Origin: Octopus bimaculoides
Taxonomy: Eukaryota
DNA length: 32,831 nt
Assembly: GCF_001194135.2 (NCBI RefSeq)
Contig: NC_068982.1
Coordinates: forward strand, 95,049,405-95,082,235
Direction of reading: 5' to 3'
Made by a program: the position numbers and the translations under genes. Shown here in pieces: positions 23,867-32,831 of the stretch (the stretch's first letter is position 1; every line of letters begins with the position of its first letter). Under the pieces are notes generated by a model. The model saw only the letters and a list, made by a program, of their open reading frames with translations. It did no database searches and had not been told where the DNA came from.

Positions 23867-24045
23867 GGCAGCGAGCTGGAAAAACCTTTAGCAGGCCGGG
23901 CGAAATGCTTAGCGCTATTTCGTCTACTGCTACGTTTAAGTTCAAATTTCACCGAGGTCGACTTTGCCTTTCATCCTTTCGGGGGTGATAAATTAAGTAC
24001 GAGTTGAGTACTGATGTCAGGCCTTGTGCCTATAGTAGAGAGGAT
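23867..24045 (+). mobile_element. tRNA-derived SINE (same head as 20464, different tail)
   Basis: ggcagcgagctgg..gccgggcgaaatgcttagc..ttcaaatttcaccgaggtcgactttgcctttcatcctttcggg..ggccttgtgcctatagtagagaggat. Confidence 0.88.
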
Positions 24046-25454
24046 TTAATTGTGTGTGTGTGTGTGTGTANNNNNNNNNNNNNNNNNNNNNNNNNNNNNN
24101 NNNNNNNNNNNNNNNNNNNNNNNNNNNNNNNNNNNNNNNNNNNNNNNNNNNNNNNNNNNNNNNNNNNNNNNNNNNNNNNNNNNNNNNNNNNNNNNNNNNN
24201 NNNNNNNNNNNNNNNNNNNNNNNNNNNNNNNNNNNNNNNNNNNNNNNNNNNNNNNNNNNNNNNNNNNNNGTGCGTGTTTACGCACACGTGTGTGCATGTG
24301 CGACAAATTGTGTGGAAGATATAACATAAGAAGTTACTAACTCAAAATCATGTTACTAGAGGAAAACATATTTTCATGTCGAAAAGAAGCATACGACAAT
24401 AATACAGAAGAGGAAGGGCGAAAGAAATTTATGTTTAGCATCAAAAATTTAGAGATGGTATAAGTCGAACAGAGAAATGCCTTAGAGTGTTGAAGCGCAA
24501 AGGTTTATAAAAAAGAAAAAAGAAAAAAGAAAAAAGATATGCTAAGGAAGTCAAGGGTGAACTGGTTGACCCATGAACATGTAATAAAAGTGGAGAGGGG
24601 TTGCCAAAACTAAGAAAAGACTGAACAAAGTATATATGTTTCTAAGAGGCTATAAATATAGCAGAGGTCAGGCAGTCGAGCAGCAAATAGGAGTAGAAAA
24701 CATGTGTGGTTCGAAAGTGAAAATTAAACCAAAAGGTGTCCATTCAAAACGCCAATGTGTGTGTGTGTGTATGTGCCTGAGAACATTTAGTATATGTAAT
24801 AGAAAATGTGTGTGTGTGTGTGTGTGTATGTGTGTGTGTGTGTGTGCCCTGTCGGTGTATGTGTATGACTATAAAAGTAACAAAAATGGTCGGTAAAAAC
24901 GGATGTATGAGTGTATAAGCGTAAGTGTTTAATGCATGTCAGTATATGAGAGGCCACGGAAATCGACGTAGAAGAAAAATGTGTACGTACATATTCATTT
25001 GGAAGGTGTGACTTGATGCATATAAGATGTGTATTCGTGTGAGGTCGAATAGGGTCAGTGGTGTGGTGACAAAGATGAAATGATTGTAGAGTGGGTGAGA
25101 TGATGAGAAGGATGCTGATGTGATGCAAGAAAGTATAGGAGTGGAATCAGTCAGCTGAGAAGAAAGGAAAAAGAACTGTTGGAAGTGGAAGCTATTAGAT
25201 CAGAGCAACGTGAGATGCTGAGCAGGCGGGCGAGTAGAAGACCGAGTGGGTGCAGGAAGGAGAGGGTTGACGGTGAAGAAATGTCTTGCAAGAAACGAAC
25301 TGTTGTTAAATTAGATGTCACAACTGTTGCCGTCGGTCAGTTGGTTGTTAGTCAACTGGCGTAAACAGTATCAGAAAGGATGTACTTGAACGGGAAGATA
25401 AAGAGATAAAGTTAGTGTATATGTGTGTGCATAGATATACATACGTACAAATGC

Positions 25455-25488
<34 letters not shown>

Positions 25489-26272
25489 AAATAGTAAATG
25501 AGTATATGCATATATACGTACAGGTATGTGCATACCGACATCCACCTGTATGTATAGGTGCATATCTGGGTACAGGACATTGCAAACAAAACGTAGACAA
25601 GAAAACACACAAGCCACATAGNNNNNNNNNNNNNNNNNNNNNNNNNNNNNNNNNNNNNNNNNNNNNNNNNNNNNNNNNNNNNNNNNNNNNNNNNNNNNNN
25701 NNNNNNNNNNNNNNNNNNNNNNNNNNNNNNNNNNNNNNNNNNNNNNNNNNNNNNNNNNNNNNNNNNNNNNNNNNNNNNNNNNNNNNNNNNNNNNNNNNNN
25801 NNNNNNNNNNNNNNNNNNNNNNNNNNNNNNNNNNNNNNNNNNNNNNNNNNNNNNNNNNNNNNNNNNNNNNNNNNNNNNNNNNNNNNNNNNNNNNNNNNNN
25901 NNNNNNNNNNNNNNNNNNNNNNNNNNNNNNNNNNNNNNNNNNNNNNNNNNNNNNNNNNNNNNNNNNNNNNNNNNNNNNNNNNNNNNNNNNNNNNNNNNNN
26001 NNNNNNNNNNNNNNNNNNNNNNNNNNNNNNNNNNNNNNNNNNNNNNNNNNNNNNNNNNNNNNNNNNNNNNNNNNNNNNNNNNNNNNNNNNNNNNNNNNNN
26101 NNNNNNNNNNNNNNNNNNNNNNNNNNNNNNNNNNNNNNNNNNNNNNNNNNNNNNNNNNNNNNNNNNNNNNNNNNNNNNNNNNNNNNNNNNNNNNNNNNNN
26201 NNNNNNNNNNNNNNNNNNNNNNNNNNNNNNNNNNNNNNNNNNNNNNNNNNNNNNNNNNNNNNNNNNNNNNNN

Positions 26273-28089
26273 CAGCAACCAACAGACTGTGTCCTCCACT
26301 ATCCACAATCTCATCTCCTCCTCCCCGCCACCGCCTCCAACGTCATTGTCCGCACCCCATGCGCCCTCACCATTTACTTCCTCCCCAAAATCTACAAACC
26401 TAACAACCCTGGCCGCCCCATCCTCTCCGCCTGTAACTGCCTCACCGAGCTTATCTCCAAATATCTTGACCGTGTCCTTGCTCGCCCCCTAGTGGCATCT
26501 CTACCTTCTCACATCAATGACACCAACCACGCGCTTCGCTTGTTCAACTCTTTCTCCTTCCCTCCTGGCCCCTCTGAACTTCTCTTCACCCTCGACATCC
26601 AGAACCTTTACACGGTGATCCCTCACCACGAGGGGCTACGTGCACTTAAACATTTCCTTGACCTCCGACCCAACCCACAACCCGACACCTCCACACTCGT
26701 TCGTCTGGCTGAACTTGTCCTTTCACTCAACTGCTTCTCGTTCGTGGGAGATTTCTACCAGTAATCCTCGGGAGTGACCATGGGAGCGAGAATAGTCCAC
26801 AACTATGCGAACCTGTCCGTTGGCTATGTTGAGGCCCAAATATTCTCAAGTTTCACTGGTCCCACTCCCGAACTATATGGCCGTTATATTGACAACTGTA
26901 TCGGTGCCACCTCACTCTACTGCAAACATCAAGACTCCTTCCTCTCTTTCGTCAAATCTTTCCATCTTGCACTATCTTGCACTTCTTGCACTTCTCCATC
27001 TTGCACTTCTCCTGCACTATCTCTGACTCCTCTGTCTCCTTTCTTGACATTTCTGTCAGCGTTCATCACTCCACTCTTACCACCTCCATCCACTACAAAC
27101 ACACAGACTCACACTCTTATATCAAATTCCCCTCCTCCCACCCTAAACACACCAAGCATTCCATCCCCTATTCCCAATTCCTCCGTCTACGCAGGCTCTG
27201 TAGTGACAGCCATGACTTTGAGACTCAGTCTCAACTCATGGCTCGCCACTTCATCCTACGTGGATATCCCCTCACCACTATCCACACCGCCCTTGCCAGA
27301 GCACGTTCGGTAGACCGTGCATTTGCTCTCTCCCCCCGAANNNNNNNNNNNNNNNNNNNNNNNNNNNNNNNNNNNNNNNNNNNNNNNNNNNNNNNNNNNN
27401 NNNNNNNNNNNNNNNNNNNNNNNNNNNNNNNNNNNNNNNNNNNNNNNNNNNNNNNNNNNNNNNNNNNNNNNNNNNNNNNNNNNNNNNNNNNNNNNNNNNN
27501 NNNNNNNNNNNNNNNNNNNNNNNNNNNNNNNNNNNNNNNNNNNNNNNNNNNNNNNNNNNNNNNNNNNNNNNNNNNNNNNNNNNNNNNNNNNNNNNNNNNN
27601 NNNNNNNNNNNNNNNNNNNNNNNNNNNNNNNNNNNNNNNNNNNNNNNNNNNNNNNNNNNNNNNNNNNNNNNNNNNGTTGCCCCGCTCCCGCCCACGCTGC
27701 TGCACTTGCCCTTACCTCTCCGACACCACCCTCCTCACCGGCACCCATCATCGACCCTATCGCATCACCGACTGCTTCACATGCACTTCTACCAACATCA
27801 TCTACTGCATCTCCTGCTCTCTCTCTGCCATTCTCTGTACATCAGACAAACAGGGCTCCGCTTAGTCGACCGGTTCGCGGAGCACCTCCAAGACATCCAC
27901 CTTGGCAATGACACCCCGGTATCACGCCATTTCCGCTCTACCTGTTACTCTTTGCAACACCTGTCCCTGTTCGGATTGTCCTTGCACAGGGGCCATCCGG
28001 ACTCCCGTTTGCACCGTGGACAGGGATTAATGTTCTCTCTTCGCTCCTTTGCGCTACATGGGATCAACTCTCCTCCCCTCTTCATCTAA
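26273..28089 (+). pseudogene. Penelope-like retroelement ORF (RT + C-terminal GIY-YIG), Neptune-type; frameshifted and gapped
   Basis: RT motifs: YFLPKIYKPNNPGRPILS, LFTLDIQNLYTVIPH, FYQ*SSGVTMG..YANL, RYIDNC (YxDD variant), FLDISV..YKHTDSHSY..SSHP..IPYSQFLRLRRLCS..RGYP. EN: FTCTSTNIIYCISC..YIRQTG.RLVDRFAEH..PVSRHF, stop at 28089. A Cys-rich linker precedes the EN. There is a gap at 27341-27675. Confidence 0.93.
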
Positions 28090-28663
28090 CCTCTTCCACT
28101 TGCCTCTCTGTCTCTCTTCCCCTCACCCCCCTCCTATTTCCTTCTACCCACCTTTCCTCTCTGGCTCCGACTCCTACTTCTCTTCACTCCTTCTCTTCAC
28201 CCCTACTCTCTTTCTCTCTTCTTTCTTACTCTCATTCACTCTCCTCTCTTTCTCTCTTTTCTCATACTCACCTTCCCGTTCCCCTTCATCGTCAACCCTC
28301 CCTCATGGGCTCACCACACCCCTACATACTCCTACCTCATCTTCCCATTCCTTCCCATCCCACCAATCCCATTCCTGACACCCAATCCCATACACCCTCT
28401 TCCACATACCCCAATCCTACCTCCACCCTCTACCTACCCACATACCCCACATACCCAAACCTCTGCCTACCCACATACCCCAACTCTACCCCCACCCCCA
28501 GCATAACCCACACTCCACCCGTGCTTTCCCCACTCTCGCCTCCCCCACCTCCCAATACCATCACGCCATACCACACAACACATCACAACACCAGCACTGA
28601 CCAATTCCCATCCCCACATTTTCACACCTTAACACCTACATACACACACGCATACGTTAGGCT
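28090..28663 (+). mobile_element. Pyrimidine/C-rich 3' region of the PLE
   Basis: It follows the stop codon, and 28112-28221 is re-used (inverted) in the fragment at 30273-30381. Confidence 0.6.
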
Positions 28664-29415
28664 NNNNNNNNNNNNNNNNNNNNNNNNNNNNNNNNNNNNN
28701 NNNNNNNNNNNNNNNNNNNNNNNNNNNNNNNNNNNNNNNNNNNNNNNNNNNNNNNNNNNNNNNNNNNNNNNNNNNNNNNNNNNNNNNNNNNNNNNNNNNN
28801 NNNNNNNNNNNNNNNNNNNNNNNNNNNNNNNNNNNNNNNNNNNNNNNNNNNNNNNNNNNNNNNNNNNNNNNNNNNNNNNNNNNNNNNNNNNNNNNNNNNN
28901 NNNNNNNNNNNNNNNNNNNNNNNNNNNNNNNNNNNNNNNNNNNNNNNNNNNNNNNNNNNNNNNNNNNNNNNNNNNNNNNNNNNNNNNNNNNNNNNNNNNN
29001 NNNNNNNNNNNNNNNNNNNNNNNNNNNNNNNNNNNNNNNNNNNNNNNNNNNNNNNNNNNNNNNNNNNNNNNNNNNNNNNNNNNNNNNNNNNNNNNNNNNN
29101 NNNNNNNNNNNNNNNNNNNNNNNNNNNNNNNNNNNNNNNNNNNNNNNNNNNNNNNNNNNNNNNNNNNNNNNNNNNNNNNNNNNNNNNNNNNNNNNNNNNN
29201 NNNNNNNNNNNNNNNNNNNNNNNNNNNNNNNNNNNNNNNNNNNNNNNNNNNNNNNNNNNNNNNNNNNNNNNNNNNNNNNNNNNNNNNNNNNNNNNNNNNN
29301 NNNNNNNNNNNNNNNNNNNNNNNNNNNNNNNNNNNNNNNNNNNNNNNNNNNNNNNNNNNNNNNNNNNNNNNNNNNNNNNNNNNNNNNNNNNNNNNNNNNN
29401 NNNNNNNNNNCATAC

Positions 29416-29456
<41 letters not shown>

Positions 29457-30007
29457 CGTGTGTGTGTGTGTGTGTGTGTATACATATATAAAGGTAGCTA
29501 GAATTTAGAAATCTTTGGTTTAGTGCCCAGTTGCGCATCTTCCCTGCCTGAGTGGGATGAACTGTAAGCTGCAGTGATGGAAAAATCACACGGAAAAGCT
29601 TGAGTTGCGTTATTCAATGAATTTGTGGCAAAATTTTCCACCAACTTTCTGTTACCAACAATTCCGAAAATCGTGCCTAGTCATACTCAAGCCTTCGTCA
29701 TTGAAGACAAAAAATGTATGTGAGGTAGCCGAACGACTATAATACTGCCTGTTAGATTCTCATACGTCGAAGTCGATAAGAGAATCGTCTATGTGTATAA
29801 TAGATTAAAAGGAGATTCGAAATCTGATATGTGAATAACGGTTAACTTTAAGGAAACTGTTCCATGGAAACTTAAATTTCAAGGATAACTTATAACTCGT
29901 GGAGTATAAGATTAGAACTGACGGTATTATATTTATTCATTAATAACGACCATTTCAGCAATACATGACTAAACACATCTTGAATATAAATAAGTTTGTA
30001 TAATATT

Positions 30008-30454
30008 GTTTCAGTTTTTGGCACAAGGCCAGCAAATTCGATAGAGTGGCTGAGTTGATTACATCAACACCCATGTTATCGATTCTGAAAGTATGAAAGT
30101 CAAACTCAACCGCATCACTCTTTGCAACACCTGTCCGTATTCCGATTGTCCTTGCACTGGAGCCTCCCGTTTGCGCCGTGAACAGGGATCAATCTTCTCT
30201 CTTCGCTCCTTTGAGCCACATGGGGTCAACTCTCCTCCCCTCTTCATCTAACCTCCTCCCCTCGCCTCTCTCGCAGAGAGAAAGAGAGTAGGGTTGAAGA
30301 GAAGTAAAGAGAAGTAGGAGTCGGAGCAAGAGAGGAGAGGTGGGTGGGAGGAAGTAGGAGGGAGTGGAGAGGGGGAGAGAAGCAATTTGAACTCAGAACA
30401 TAATGCTACTAAGCATTTTGCCGGGCGTGCTAACGATTCTGCAGCACGCCGCCT
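30008..30454 (-). mobile_element. SINE (minus strand) split by a PLE fragment; head 30382-30454, body and tail 30008-30114
   Basis: Head reverse complement: aggcggcgtgctgcagaatcgttagcacgcccggcaaaatgcttag..gttctgagttcaaatt. Tail reverse complement: ggttgagtttgactttcatactttc..gatgtaatcaactc..ggccttgtgccaaaaactgaa. Confidence 0.8.
30115..30381. mobile_element. Internally inverted fragment of the same PLE family as 26273-28660
   Basis: 30115-30272 matches 27945-28109 in direct orientation; 30273-30381 matches 28112-28221 in reverse complement. Confidence 0.9.
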
Positions 30455-30538
30455 TAAATGGTTATGTAAAATTAGAGACTAATATAAACATGTGACCCAC
30501 GTTTATCTTGTTGAAGAGGCAATACAAAGACACTTAGA

Positions 30539-30602
30539 ATGTTATGATATATGTGTACATGTTATGATATATGTGTACATGTTATGATATATGTGTACAT
30601 GT

Positions 30603-30684
<82 letters not shown>
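30539..30684. repeat. 20-bp tandem x3 (atgttatgatatatgtgtac) followed by (GT)n
   Basis: Directly visible. Confidence 0.95.
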
Positions 30685-30687
<3 letters not shown>

Positions 30688-31646
30688 TTGGTTTTAAGAC
30701 CACAGAGGGTGGAGCTTACATAAGTTTAGAAAGGGAATGAGCATTCAAACACATAAATGAGAAATAGCATAGGATAGTATTTGGAACATCGATTAATTTC
30801 GTTGCTGTAAATGAGGTTAGTAGTATGTCTAACCTCTTTAAATGGTTTTCTAATGGTAGATACTTGTATATTGAAAAGAAAGCGTAATTACTGGAATTTG
30901 CGTATCAACATATAGAGCATTATAAATTAACAAAGGAATCGATCTTCATAGAATATTGATTATGGAATAAATAAAGGAACTTAAAGGAAATAAACAAGAA
31001 AAGAAATAAAGATAAAGGAAAGACGAGTGAGATAAGTGGGAGGAGCTCTTAAAGGGGTCTACTGTTATAACCAAAATAAGTGCTACACACACACATAAAC
31101 ATGGTGAAAAAGTAACCCAAGGGGGAAGAGGTATATTGGGAAGGGTTAGAATGTGCTTAGTCACTGTAATAAGGAATGTCAGTTTAAGTGTTTGTTTTGG
31201 TAAATATCTTTTATAGAATGTCATTGATAATTCATTGCTAATTCGAATATTTCATTGTTAATTCGAATAATCACTTAATTAAGAATTGTAAGGTCTCACT
31301 TATTTTTTTTCCACGTATAGTAATGCAGTTTTCCAACGAAGATGTTATTGATATTTAAGAAATATAAACATCAGTCATTAATTAAGTTGAAAATACTAAC
31401 TAGAAATTGAACAAAAGACATGTAATGCTTGTATAAGTAAAAATTACGAAATCCTGTTTGCAAAAATACCACTCCATATCTAACACTCCAAACACATACA
31501 CTTTTGCCATACAAAATATTCAAAACACGTGAAAGATTTTAACCAAAATGTCGTAATTATAGAAGAAAATTTCATTTATACAAAAAATACCTCAGATAAC
31601 GATCAAATCTTTCAATAGAGATCAAAGCATTTTATCCCTACTTTGT

Positions 31647-31773
31647 CAGTGGTTCCCAACTTTTTCATTAAATAAGGTTTCCCTCGGACTTCAGCATATT
31701 GAAAGGTCTATCAGCTTAACATGTTTACGGACTCCCATTACTACCTTTGTAGACTACAGGTTGCGAATCATTG
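31647..31773. mobile_element. hAT (Charlie/MER5-like) MITE
   Basis: Termini CAGTGGTTCCCAAC and GGTTGCGAATCATTG (3 mismatches to a perfect inverse). The flanking 8-mers (tactttgt / gcctaggt) match at only 4/8. Confidence 0.55.
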
Positions 31774-32463
31774 GCCTAGGTTGTTATGCACATGCCTTTA
31801 GGACTTTGTCGTTAAGTAACCCACGTAACACTCCTATTCACACGCATGTAAATGTCTGCGTATTTATACACACATCCACAAATTTTTTCCATTTTAGTTT
31901 AAGCTTTCTATTTATACTTTATAAATTTATATATGCATTTATGGTATAAGACTTTGTTATCTCCCCTTCTTCTTAACTCACCTGTGTGACCCTTCTGATC
32001 GGCATTCGCCATGATAGATCGCTGACCACTACACACATATTTTTTCTCTCCTAAAATATGCTGTGACTTCGTTTGACCTTGTGATATGTTCTAAACTAGT
32101 CTTAAGTATCCATCCTTTAATTTTCATTTTCCAGCATATCCTCTTGTTTATCTAATATGTTTCTACCCCTCACTATATATACTTAAGAGTATTCATTTGT
32201 GGTCTAAGCGTCATACGATCGTACATAAATTCTAAATACTATATGCTTGTTTATTTAATCTATTAATACTTCTCCGTGAAACTAACTAAATACCAAATAT
32301 ACTCTCAGTAATCCCTTCCATCCCAATAATGTGTCATCTTACCCTTCTTCCCACTTCAAATATAATATCGATCTGTTTATCTTATCTCAGCATATTCATA
32401 TTTATATTTAAATGGCATTGGAGCCCTAAATAACAATAATAACAACAACAACAATAATAATGA

Positions 32464-32720
32464 ACAGTAAAGTTGATGCCTATAATAATTGGTGCGTTGG
32501 GAACAGTGAGACAAGATATAGGCAAATGTTTGAAGGAGATTGAAACAGAATGCCCGGTAGATCTACAGAAAGTTTGTCTCTTAGAGGCAGCAAGGATTAA
32601 CAGTAGGGTTCCAAGCACTTGAAACACTGCTGAAAACTTGTGAATACCTAAGGTTACGGGTAGTAATCCGCTATCCACATAATTCCTACCAGGAATAAGA
32701 CCGAACCTGAGCCAAATGAA
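32464..32720 (+). mobile_element. 3' end of an R4/Dong-like REL non-LTR retrotransposon embedded in (AAT/AAC)n
   Basis: TVKLMPIIIGALGTVRQDIGKCLKEIETECPVDLQKVCLLEAARINSRVPST* (stop at 32620-32622) fits the P-I-x-IGALG..LQK..LL.TARI.R.V C-terminus. Trinucleotide repeats flank both sides. Confidence 0.8.
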
Positions 32721-32756
32721 AATAACATCATCAACAACAACAACAACAACAACAGC

Positions 32757-32811
<55 letters not shown>

Positions 32812-32831
32812 TTAATAATAATAATAATAAT
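32721..32831. repeat. (AAC)n/(AAT)n microsatellite
   Basis: Directly visible. Confidence 0.98.

Noticed and set aside
32050-32400. Possible decayed RTE-like reverse transcriptase on the minus strand
   Set aside because: Only faint motif fragments amid many stops; not supportable by eye.

Overview
AT-rich eukaryotic genomic DNA from a draft assembly, with nine N-gaps and dense microsatellites. It is most likely octopus or another cephalopod, inferred from tRNA-derived SINEs that resemble recalled octopus repeats. No intact protein-coding gene is supported; most listed ORFs are microsatellite or gap artefacts. The window is a graveyard of transposable elements: a frameshifted Penelope-like element (PLE) with RT plus GIY-YIG at 26.3-28.1 kb, a GIY-YIG tail of a second PLE type at 10.8-11.1 kb with an inverted 3' repeat, a mariner 5' half fused to a Chapaev-3-like transposase at 3.5-5.6 kb, a second Tc1/mariner remnant with an internal inversion, two REL-endonuclease LINE tails, several SINEs, a hAT-like MITE and several fold-back repeats. 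The most interesting signal is a set of head-to-head fold-back insertions abutting (TA)n. One (14813-15075) holds a complete minimal hammerhead-ribozyme core between 94-bp near-perfect inverted arms. Two others (about 25-399 and about 9990-11393) share the architecture but have degenerate hammerhead-like cores. All alignments were done by eye; no searches were run.
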